DNA of 5,946 nucleotides from IMG/VR virus record IMGVR_UViG_2667527717_000003, one strand, 5' to 3'. The notes under the pieces were generated by a model. That model searched no databases, was not told where the DNA came from, and saw nothing but the letters and a program-made list of their open reading frames with translations. Positions 1 through 5,946 of the stretch are shown here, one piece after another. The position numbers were made by a program, and so were the translations under genes. The stretch comes from a virus (taxonomy: Duplodnaviria > Heunggongvirae > Uroviricota > Caudoviricetes). The first letter of the stretch is position 1. Each line of letters opens with the position of its first letter.

Positions 1-87
1 ACGTAACAGACAGCGGCTCCCGCAGTTAACGGTGCAGGAACTCCAGACCGCTTTCTCTTCTACCGGTACCTCTGCCGCTCGGACCAT

Positions 88-1200
88 TTGGGAAAATGGC
101 AGAGTGANNGCACNNNNNGNNNGNNNGAGCATCGGCATAAGAAGATTGCTGAGACGACAGGCTATAAGCCCGGTGCGGGACGTATTATCGAGCGTTTCGA
201 CGGGCGGTTTGAGATAAACGAATTTTATATGCCTGAGCATCCACGTACAGCGGATACAAGTAAGGTGTCCACGTTCCTTAATCATATGGCGTATCTGGTA
301 CCTGATGCCTGGCAGCGCGAGTTTTTCATCGCCCGTCTGGGGTGGATGGTTCAGCGTCCGGAGCGTCGATGCCCGATTTCTATTCTGCATGTGGCTTCCG
401 CACATGGTACGGGCAGAGGATGGGTCAGCCAGTTAATGGAGCGCGTGCTTGGTCCGTGGAACTGTGCTCGTACTCGCATGAAGATCCTGTGCGATAACCA
501 GTTCCATGACTATCTGTACAATACGCTTCTATGCACCATTGACGAGGTGCGCGAAAATGATAAGCGGTATGAGGTGAACGATAAGATCCGTGACGTGCTG
601 ACAGAACCACGGTTTGAAGTGAACCGCAAATATGGCAGCAAAAAAACGATGGATATATACACCGGCTTTCTGTTCTACACCAACCACTTTGATGCGCTGG
701 CGCTGCCAGAGGAAGACCGACGTATCGCTGTGCTGGGGGGCCCTGACTTCGCCGCAACTGAAGAGCATTACGCCAGCCTGTACGGTGCGCTAAGCGACAG
801 CGACTTTATCGCCCAGGTGTACTGGTATCTGATGGGCGTTGACCTGTCTCGCTTTAACTGGCAGCGCGCCCCCGAGACGAAAGAACGCCTTCTGATGATT
901 GAAAGCAATAAGAGCGATGTGGAGGCTGCTCTTATTGAAATCCTGGATAATCCGCCTGTGCCAGCAATGACTTATCAACAAATTGTTAACGCAATACTGG
1001 CAGAAGCAGGAATGGATGTAGAAATTAACCAGAAGCATATTACTCGCATTTTGAAAGAAAGAACAAAGCGGGAACCCGTACGCGTAAAAATTGACGGGTT
1101 TGTATATAGGATTTGGATTCTTGTAAAAAATAACGATTTCAGCAACGAAGAATTGCGCGAAATATATAAATCTTGCGAAATTTTGCAATCTGGATTGTAA
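88..1200 (+). CDS. P-loop NTPase with SF3-helicase-like motif order (D5 / P4-alpha primase-helicase C-terminal domain-like) and an AT-rich C-terminal putative DNA-binding domain; probable replication initiator/helicase. 5' boundary unresolved.
   Basis: 370-codon ORF ending at TAA 1198-1200. Glycine-rich loop HVASAHGTGRGW followed by a Walker-B-like hhhhDE block (LLCTIDEV) and a motif-C-like block (IRDVLTEPRFEVNRKYGSKKTMDIYTGFLFYTNH). Codon usage looks coding from ~128 onward. Start is uncertain: TTG at 88 has no obvious RBS, the first ATG is at 229, frame 1 has a TAA at 4-6, and frame 2 is open from the window start to 217 with N-masked bases at 108-127 in between. Confidence 0.6.
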   Translation: MGKWQSXXXXXXXEHRHKKIAETTGYKPGAGRIIERFDGRFEINEFYMPEHPRTADTSKVSTFLNHMAYLVPDAWQREFFIARLGWMVQRPERRCPISILHVASAHGTGRGWVSQLMERVLGPWNCARTRMKILCDNQFHDYLYNTLLCTIDEVRENDKRYEVNDKIRDVLTEPRFEVNRKYGSKKTMDIYTGFLFYTNHFDALALPEEDRRIAVLGGPDFAATEEHYASLYGALSDSDFIAQVYWYLMGVDLSRFNWQRAPETKERLLMIESNKSDVEAALIEILDNPPVPAMTYQQIVNAILAEAGMDVEINQKHITRILKERTKREPVRVKIDGFVYRIWILVKNNDFSNEELREIYKSCEILQSGL

Positions 1201-1202
1201 AA

Positions 1203-1466
1203 AGGTGACGGCTAGGTGACGGCAAAACGCTTAAGCGTCACCTTAAAAAGTATATATAAAACAATGGGAAATGTGCTAAAGGTGACAGGTGACGGCAGAA
1301 TTTAAAACTATATACGCGATAGTGTGTATTTTAGGTATTATACGATCGCTTATATATAGAGAACTAAAATCAACCGTCACCTGTCACCTAAAACATCTTC
1401 AGGCCTTATATGGCGCGCTTTGCAGCAGGTGACGGATATGTAATTACGCGTCACCTAGCCGTCACC
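1203..1466. repeat. Array of ten GGTGAC/GTCACC sites (extended consensus AGGTGACGG), five direct and five inverted, mirror-symmetric about position ~1335 and flanking an AT-rich core; candidate iteron/origin or multi-site operator region
   Basis: Direct GGTGAC at 1204, 1215, 1281, 1288, 1428; inverted GTCACC at 1237, 1376, 1383, 1450, 1461. The 17-bp block 1204-1220 (ggtgacggctaggtgac) is the exact reverse complement of 1450-1466; the 16-bp block 1280-1295 is the exact reverse complement of 1374-1389. AT-rich core 1296-1373 carries tatata runs. Spacers between mirrored sites are not themselves palindromic. Confidence 0.8.
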
Positions 1467-1515
1467 CGGAAATTAACTTGAAAAAATTAGCAAATAACTA
1501 AATGAGGATACGACG

Positions 1516-1806
1516 ATGTCAAAGATATTCCGCCAATGTATGCCTTACGGTATCCGCAAAACAGCTGAGGGGGCTTGGGAAGCATTCAACAGAGACTACC
1601 AGCCCTTAGGGGAGGCTTTTTTCTTCAAAAGAGCACTAACGCAGGCCACTCGAGATGTGTTGGCGCCACCGCCGGTAACTCAGCGCGACGACTGTGTATG
1701 GCTGTATAGCGATATCGAGCACCCGATGCACTCTGAGGCTTACTGGAAAGCGTATTGCCAGCGGCTTAAACATCTTTCTAACCTCAAAATGAAAGATGAA
1801 CGGTAA
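1516..1806 (+). CDS. hypothetical phage protein, 96 aa, function unknown
   Basis: ATG at 1516 preceded by GAGGA (1504-1508) at ~7 nt spacing; TAA at 1804-1806. Lies directly upstream of Q with a 25-bp gap, same strand. No family recognised by eye. Confidence 0.65.
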   Translation: MSKIFRQCMPYGIRKTAEGAWEAFNRDYQPLGEAFFFKRALTQATRDVLAPPPVTQRDDCVWLYSDIEHPMHSEAYWKAYCQRLKHLSNLKMKDER

Positions 1807-1831
1807 GTAGCAAAACGTAGAGGTCAGAGCT

Positions 1832-2254
1832 ATGCGTGATATTCGACTGGTTTTAGAGCGATGGGGGGGCTGGGCTGCGAGCGAAGGTTGCAGTGTCTAC
1901 TATCCACCTGTTTCCGCTGGATTTAAGAATCTGCTACCTGCAACGCAAGCCGGGCGGCTGAAGTGCAGTGACAATGACGGTCTGATCATCAGCTCTGCTA
2001 TGAACTGCCTGAAGAAAAAAGATCCGTACCTGTGTACGCTCCTTGAGTGGCATTACATCCAGGCGATGCCTGTGAGGGCTATGGGTGTGAAGCTCGGCGT
2101 ATCACACACTCAAGTTCTGAAGAGGCTCCAGGCTGCAGAGGGATTTATCGACGGCTGCCTGGCTATGCTGGACGTGGTTCTGGAAATGGATCAAGCAGTT
2201 CAGTCAAAGCCTAAGGCTATCAGGACTTTGCGAAGGAGCTGCCCGGCGGCATAA
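1832..2254 (+). CDS. Q: late-gene antitermination protein Q (QuuD / small-Q family of lambdoid phages)
   Basis: 140 aa. N-terminus MRDIRLVLERWGGWAA, AGFKNL, and C-terminal LQAAEG...LAMLDVVLEMD follow the pattern I recall for E. coli prophage QuuD-type Q proteins (MRDIQMVLERWGAWAA...AGFKGL...LQKAEG...ALDIRLEMD). GAGG at 1820-1823 sits 8 nt before the ATG. Position immediately upstream of the lysis cassette is canonical. Confidence 0.85.
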   Translation: MRDIRLVLERWGGWAASEGCSVYYPPVSAGFKNLLPATQAGRLKCSDNDGLIISSAMNCLKKKDPYLCTLLEWHYIQAMPVRAMGVKLGVSHTQVLKRLQAAEGFIDGCLAMLDVVLEMDQAVQSKPKAIRTLRRSCPAA

Positions 2255-2660
2255 TATCCAGTAATCAATCACGTAAGGGAATCAGATGGTATTCAGGATT
2301 GCCGTAAACACCTGACGGCTTCAGGTATCAAGGTAAGATAAAAAATAGTTGTGGAATTCCAAAAAGCCGATTAGCCTGATATCTGTTGAAAACAGTTCAT
2401 CACGAAGAGGCTTCCGCAAGGGGGCCTTTTTTATTGCCCCATTCTGGGGAAAAGTTAATAAAACAGGGCTTTCGCTGCGAAAAAACGCTATGCAGTTTTT
2501 GCCCTTTTTTATGCACCTTTTATTCACTCGAATTTCGTCATTCTGGACCACTTAAGTTGATTAAATAGGCCTTTCATCGCAAATCTATTGCGAGCGGGGA
2601 TCGTGTGGTTCCTATAACGTACATTATGTTAAATAACTTCCTTTTTTAACAAATTTAACA
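2255..2660 (+). promoter_or_regulatory. Q-to-holin intergenic late-control region, expected to hold the late promoter (PR'-equivalent) and the Q utilisation (qut) site; exact promoter not resolved
   Basis: ~400 bp AT-rich non-coding DNA between Q and an intrinsic terminator. Several weak sigma70-like candidates, e.g. CTGACG(2312-2317)-N16-TAAGAT(2334-2339), TTGCCC(2434-2439)-N16-TAATAA(2456-2461), TTGCCC(2499-2504)-N16-TATTCA(2521-2526). Only small TTG/GTG-initiated ORFs without RBS in this stretch. Confidence 0.35.
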
Positions 2661-2686
2661 AGGTTCGCTATGGCGAACTTTTTTTG
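2661..2686 (+). terminator. rho-independent terminator (tR'-equivalent, the likely target of Q antitermination)
   Basis: Stem GGTTCGC (2662-2668) / GCGAAC(T) (2673-2679) with 4-nt loop TATG, followed directly by a T7 run (2679-2685). The reverse complement lacks a T tract, so it is + strand only. It lies ~100 nt upstream of the holin start, as in lambda PR'-tR'-S. Confidence 0.7.
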
Positions 2687-2786
2687 TATTCAGGGCCCAC
2701 CGAAGGACGGCTCATAACCCAATCCTACGGGCGTATACGCAGGGCCCGCCTTTCAACAACACCCCGTAATGGCGGAGGTGGGAAGT

Positions 2787-3128
2787 ATGAAAATGCACAA
2801 TGCTCCTCATTCCTGGCCTGACTTACTGGAACTCTTACAAAGTTGGTGGCGTGGAGATACGCCGTTGGGCGCAGTGGTTATGTCAATTGTTATGGCTGGC
2901 TTGCGCATTGCCTATTTTGGCGGTGGCGGCGGCTGGAAACGAAAAACGCTTGAGATTTTGCTCTGTGGTGCTCTGACGCTGACTTTTGCATCCGCTCTTG
3001 AGTATGTCGGATGGCCTAAATCGCTTTCTGTTGCCATTGGTGGTGGTGTTGGGCTGATCGGTGTCGATGCTATTCGTGGGGCTGCAATGCGAGTAATCGG
3101 TAACAAGTTTGGTGGCTCTAAGGAGTAA
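2787..3128 (+). CDS. holin, class I (three predicted TM segments) with lambda-S-like dual-start motif Met-Lys-Met; the longest ORF would start at ATG 2769
   Basis: GGAGGTGGG (2775-2783) lies 3 nt before ATG 2787; ATG-AAA-ATG at 2787-2795 gives MKM. Three hydrophobic stretches (LGAVVMSIVMAGLRIAYFGG, TLEILLCGALTLTFASALEY, SLSVAIGGGVGLIGVDAI) and a charged C-terminus. Stop TAA 3126-3128 is 3 nt before the endolysin ATG. Confidence 0.85.
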   Translation: MKMHNAPHSWPDLLELLQSWWRGDTPLGAVVMSIVMAGLRIAYFGGGGGWKRKTLEILLCGALTLTFASALEYVGWPKSLSVAIGGGVGLIGVDAIRGAAMRVIGNKFGGSKE

Positions 3129-3131
3129 TTC

Positions 3132-3608
3132 ATGCAGACACTAAATTCCCAACGTAAAGCTTTCCTGGATATGGTGGCATGGTCAGAAGGAACGGATAAC
3201 GGGCGACAACCGACACGTAATCACGGTTATGACGTTATCGTCGGAGGTGAGTTGTTCACTGATTACTCCGATCACCCTCGCAAACTTGTCACGCTAAACC
3301 CGAAGCTTAAATCAACAGCCGCAGGCCGGTATCAGCTTCTTTCACGCTGGTGGGATGCCTACCGCAAGCAGCTTGGCCTGAAAGATTTTTCGCCAGAAAG
3401 TCAGGACGCTGTGGCGCTGCAGCAGATTAAAGAGCGTGGCGCTTTACCGATGATTGACCGTGGCGATATTCGTCAGGCAATCGACCGTTGCAGCAATATC
3501 TGGGCGTCGTTACCTGGTGCAGGTTACGGTCAGTATGAACATAAAATCGGTGACCTGATTTCCAGGTTTAAAGATGCTGGTGGGGTGGTAAATGAAGCTG
3601 ACTTATAA
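3132..3608 (+). CDS. R: endolysin, lambda R-type lytic transglycosylase
   Basis: 158 aa. From memory, the translation is nearly collinear and near-identical with phage lambda R (shared NQRKAFLDM.AWSEGTDNGRQ.TRNHGYDVIVGGELFTDYSDHPRKLVTLNPKLKST.AGRYQLLSRWWDAYRKQLGLKDFSP.SQDAVALQQIKERGALPMIDRGDIRQAIDRCSNIWASLPGAGYGQ), including the catalytic Glu in WSEGT. AAGGAG RBS at 3120-3125. Confidence 0.95.
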   Translation: MQTLNSQRKAFLDMVAWSEGTDNGRQPTRNHGYDVIVGGELFTDYSDHPRKLVTLNPKLKSTAAGRYQLLSRWWDAYRKQLGLKDFSPESQDAVALQQIKERGALPMIDRGDIRQAIDRCSNIWASLPGAGYGQYEHKIGDLISRFKDAGGVVNEADL

Positions 3609-4116
3609 GATTGTCATCGCGGCATTTTTCTTCTCTGCCTTTGGGGCGCTCGTCTGGTCTGCAAACCATTACCACAGCAAGTATCAGGCAGAAAAGTTGC
3701 GGGCTGATAAAGCGGAAGGTGAAGCTGAATATCAAGGGAAAGTGATAGCTAATCAGGCATTAAACTTCAATCGTTTTAACCAGATAGCAGAAAACGCAAG
3801 CCGATTAAATTCTCTGGTCGACATCGGTCACGAGAAGACAGTCATCAAATACCGTGAGGTTCTGCTCCGTGAAAAGAACTGTGATTTCCCTGTTCCTGCT
3901 GATATTGCTGTCGGGTTGCTCAACTACGCGAACCGTTTACGCGCCAGCGCATTGCACGCCGATTCCGGGTACATTGACCCAGCCGGTGATCGTGCCACTA
4001 CCACCAGAACGTTGACATATTGCCAGGCTGTTCTGTGGATTAACCCATTGTTGGCAGCCATCGAGAAGGCGAATAACCAGTTGGCTGGTGTCCGACAAAT
4101 AGAACAGTCCCGGTAA
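3592..4116 (+). CDS. Rz: Rz-type inner-membrane spanin (i-spanin)
   Basis: 174 aa. Start overlaps the endolysin 3' end by 17 nt. N-terminal TM segment (IVIAAFFFSAFGALVWSA), a long charged, helical-looking middle region, and a C-terminal periplasmic segment with Cys. Position after the endolysin and the embedded Rz1 frame support the call. Confidence 0.85.
   Translation: MKLTYKIVIAAFFFSAFGALVWSANHYHSKYQAEKLRADKAEGEAEYQGKVIANQALNFNRFNQIAENASRLNSLVDIGHEKTVIKYREVLLREKNCDFPVPADIAVGLLNYANRLRASALHADSGYIDPAGDRATTTRTLTYCQAVLWINPLLAAIEKANNQLAGVRQIEQSR
3869..4015 (+). CDS. Rz1: Rz1-type outer-membrane lipoprotein spanin (o-spanin), embedded in the +1 frame of Rz
   Basis: Not in the ORF track (48 codons). 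GTG at 3869 with GAGG (3856-3859) ~9 nt upstream. Translation MKRTVISLFLLILLSGCSTTRTVYAPAHCTPIPGTLTQPVIVPLPPER: positive n-region, hydrophobic core, lipobox LSGC, then a Pro-rich mature part with a second Cys. TGA at 4013-4015, entirely inside Rz. Confidence 0.7.
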   Translation: MKRTVISLFLLILLSGCSTTRTVYAPAHCTPIPGTLTQPVIVPLPPER

Positions 4117-4177
4117 TAGCATTACAGAAGCTCTTCCAGGAGGGGCTTCGATAATGACCTGATAACTGGAAAATAAA

Positions 4178-4750
4178 ATGACTAAGAAGCTGAAAGCAAA
4201 ACACGAGGTGTTTTGTCGCGAGTTTCTTGTCGATCTGAATGCTACACAAGCAGCTATTCGCGCAGGCTACGTCTCCAGGCGAGCACATGTTACGGGGGCT
4301 GAACTATACGGTAAACCTGAGATACGCGCCCGTATTAACGAGCTAAAGCAGGAGCGTATTGATCAACTGGGCATTGATGCGAATTATGTGCTGATGCGAC
4401 TGGTTGAGATCGACAGGCTCGATGTGGCTGACATCCTAGAGGACGATTTAAGTATTAAGCCTCTGTCTGCGTGGCCGGAATCGTGGCGTCGGTACCTGAG
4501 TGGATTTAACCTCGCTGAAATGTTTGAGGGGCGAGGAGATGACAGAGAAATGGTCGGGATCCTTAAAAAGATTAAGTGGCCTGATAAGGTTAAAAACCTT
4601 GAGTTGCTTGGGCGTCATGTTTCTGTTCAGGCGTTTAAAGACAACGTCAAAAATGAAGTGACTGGCGCTGATGGAGGACCAGTCAGAACAGAAATTACCA
4701 ACTTAACGCCGGAGCAGGCTGCAGAGGCGTATAGAAAAATGATGGGCTAA
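4178..4750 (+). CDS. terS: terminase small subunit (Terminase_2 / P27-like TerS family)
   Basis: 190 aa. N-terminal [24 protein letters not shown] matches the hallmark I recall for this family ([22 protein letters not shown]). Sits directly upstream of a TerL gene, with stop TAA 4748-4750 two nt before the TerL ATG. Confidence 0.85.
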   Translation: MTKKLKAKHEVFCREFLVDLNATQAAIRAGYVSRRAHVTGAELYGKPEIRARINELKQERIDQLGIDANYVLMRLVEIDRLDVADILEDDLSIKPLSAWPESWRRYLSGFNLAEMFEGRGDDREMVGILKKIKWPDKVKNLELLGRHVSVQAFKDNVKNEVTGADGGPVRTEITNLTPEQAAEAYRKMMG

Positions 4751-4752
4751 GT

Positions 4753-5946
4753 ATGCCGTTACCATTCCCCTTCGATTTTAAACATCCTGATTACCAGATG
4801 GTTTTTGAATGGCGGATGGAACGCCTACAGCGCATTCGCCAGAATCCTGAAATATTGCCTGCACTAAAACAGTTTTACCGAACCAATCCGGCTCAGTTCA
4901 TCATCGACTGGGGCATGACAACGGACCCGCGTAATATTGATTATGGCCTGCCGGTGACCATTCCGTTTTTACTCTTCCCTAAGCAGGAGGAGTGGATCCA
5001 CTGGATTATGGAACGCTGGGGCAATCGGGAGAATGGTATTACCGAAAAATCCCGTGAAATGGGGCTCAGTTGGACCGCGATCGGACTGGCATGTTCGCTT
5101 TGTCTCTTCAACAAAGAAATGGTTATCGGTTTCGGCTCCCGTAAAGAGGAATACGTCGACAGCACCGGTGACCCGAAAGCATTGTTCTGGAAGGCGCGCA
5201 AGTTCGTGGAAACACTGCCTGTAGAGTTTCGCGGTTCGTGGAGCGAGAAGAAGCACGCGCCATATATGCGTGTTGAGTTTCCTGAAACTGGTGCCGTTAT
5301 CAAAGGCGAGGCTGGCGATAATATTGGTCGTGGTGACCGTACCACGCTTTATCTGGTTGATGAGGCTGCATTCCTTCAGCGTCCTCTGCTGATTGATGCG
5401 GCGTTGTCACAAACGACGCGTTGCCGTATCGACCTGAGTTCAGTTAACGGCATGGCTAACCCGTTCGCTCAGAAGCGTCATGGCGGGAAGATACCGGTAT
5501 TCACATTCCACTGGCGGGATGATCCTCGCAAGGATGAAGAGTGGTATCGCAGGGAATGCGAGAAAATCGATAATCCGGTGGTGGTGGCACAGGAACTTGA
5601 TCTGAACTACAGCGCATCAGCGGAAGGCGTCCTGATTCCATCCGAATGGGTACAGGCTGCCGTTGATGCGCATATCAAACTGGGTATCCAGCCAACAGGC
5701 AAACGACTTGGCGCGATGGATGTCGCCGACGAAGGCAGGGACAAAAATGCCTTTTCCACCCGTCATGGCTTCCTCCTGGAAAATGTGCGGGAATGGTCCG
5801 GTGTGGGCAGCGACATTTATCAGTCCGTCAAGAAGGTTTTCGGCTTTTGCGAACAGGACAACCTCGAAGAGTTTCGCTTTGACGAGGACGGGCTGGGCGC
5901 TGGCGTTCGCGGCGATGCACGCGCTATCAACGAACTGCGTAACGCT
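4753..5946 (+). CDS. terL: terminase large subunit, N-terminal ATPase domain and start of nuclease domain; 3'-truncated by the window end
   Basis: Frame 1 is open from ATG 4753 to the last base (398 codons, no stop), so it is absent from the complete-ORF track. Deviant Walker A ([16 protein letters not shown]), Walker B ([11 protein letters not shown]), and an acidic-rich region downstream. The minus-strand ORFs 4941..5345 and 4969..5256 are antisense shadows of this gene. Confidence 0.85.
   Translation, partial: MPLPFPFDFKHPDYQMVFEWRMERLQRIRQNPEILPALKQFYRTNPAQFIIDWGMTTDPRNIDYGLPVTIPFLLFPKQEEWIHWIMERWGNRENGITEKSREMGLSWTAIGLACSLCLFNKEMVIGFGSRKEEYVDSTGDPKALFWKARKFVETLPVEFRGSWSEKKHAPYMRVEFPETGAVIKGEAGDNIGRGDRTTLYLVDEAAFLQRPLLIDAALSQTTRCRIDLSSVNGMANPFAQKRHGGKIPVFTFHWRDDPRKDEEWYRRECEKIDNPVVVAQELDLNYSASAEGVLIPSEWVQAAVDAHIKLGIQPTGKRLGAMDVADEGRDKNAFSTRHGFLLENVREWSGVGSDIYQSVKKVFGFCEQDNLEEFRFDEDGLGAGVRGDARAINELRNA

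Noticed and set aside
425-1188. Minus-strand ORFs 425..757, 529..768 and 790..1188
   Set aside because: They lie entirely antisense to the long, well-supported + strand NTPase gene, have no RBS, and their translations are Arg/Ser/Cys-rich in the way wrong-frame shadows usually are.
1203-1466. Hairpin-telomere resolution site (protelomerase target) or simple inverted duplication as the explanation for the symmetric array
   Set aside because: Only the GGTGAC sites are mirrored. The intervening spacers and the AT-rich centre are not palindromic, so a continuous hairpin cannot form and a recent duplication is unlikely.
1410-1481. Short ORFs inside the array (MGNVLKVTGDGRI at 1264-1305 and a 23-codon ORF at 1410-1481)
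   Set aside because: No RBS, and their sequence is dictated by the GGTGAC repeats themselves; treated as non-coding.
2411-2441. Candidate terminator gcaagggggccttttttattgcccc
   Set aside because: The GGGGC/GCCCC pairing encloses the T-run in the loop rather than following the stem, so it is not a canonical intrinsic terminator. The 2661-2686 hairpin is far better.
2321-2568. Small ORFs in the Q-holin gap (2321..2551 minus, 2349..2555 plus, 2386..2568 plus)
   Set aside because: They start with TTG/GTG and have no Shine-Dalgarno sequence, they overlap one another in AT-rich DNA where stops are rare, and the region is better explained as the late promoter/qut/leader. A small regulatory peptide cannot be strictly excluded.
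2690-2760. Possible tRNA or tRNA remnant upstream of the holin (paired cagggccc motifs at 2691-2698 and 2740-2747, ctcataa loop-like sequence)
   Set aside because: I could not fold a cloverleaf: there is no T-arm GTTCGA-type motif, no acceptor-stem complementarity, and the anticodon-stem candidates do not pair. More likely leader sequence with incidental short repeats.
2912-3133. Minus-strand 73-aa ORF
   Set aside because: Antisense to the holin gene; Pro/Ser-rich low-complexity translation.
3937-4288. Minus-strand ORFs 3937..4122 and 4040..4288
   Set aside because: Antisense shadows of Rz/Rz1 and the TerS start region; no RBS.
4941-5345. ORFs 4941..5345 (minus), 4969..5256 (minus) and 5033..5224 (plus)
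   Set aside because: All lie inside the terminase large subunit reading frame, which is open from 4753 to the window end with clear ATPase motifs; these are alternative-frame artefacts.

Overview
This window looks like the early-to-late junction of a lambdoid-type enterobacterial prophage, with every supported gene on the + strand. In order: a helicase-like P-loop NTPase gene (88..1200, 5' end unresolved because of N-masked bases at 108-127); a ~265-bp intergenic array of ten GGTGAC sites in mirror symmetry around an AT-rich core (1203..1466); a 96-aa unknown ORF (1516..1806); antiterminator Q (1832..2254); a ~530-bp non-coding late-control region ending in an intrinsic terminator (2661..2686); a lysis cassette of holin (2787..3128), lambda-R-type endolysin (3132..3608), Rz (3592..4116) and an embedded Rz1 that is absent from the ORF track (3869..4015); then terminase small subunit (4178..4750) and a 3'-truncated terminase large subunit (4753..5946, also absent from the ORF track). 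No tRNA, CRISPR array, integrase or transposase was recognised. The most unusual element is the symmetric GGTGAC array next to the AT-rich 3' end of the NTPase gene, which I interpret as a candidate replication origin or specificity cassette. All homology statements are from reading the translations and from memory of the protein families; no database search was run.
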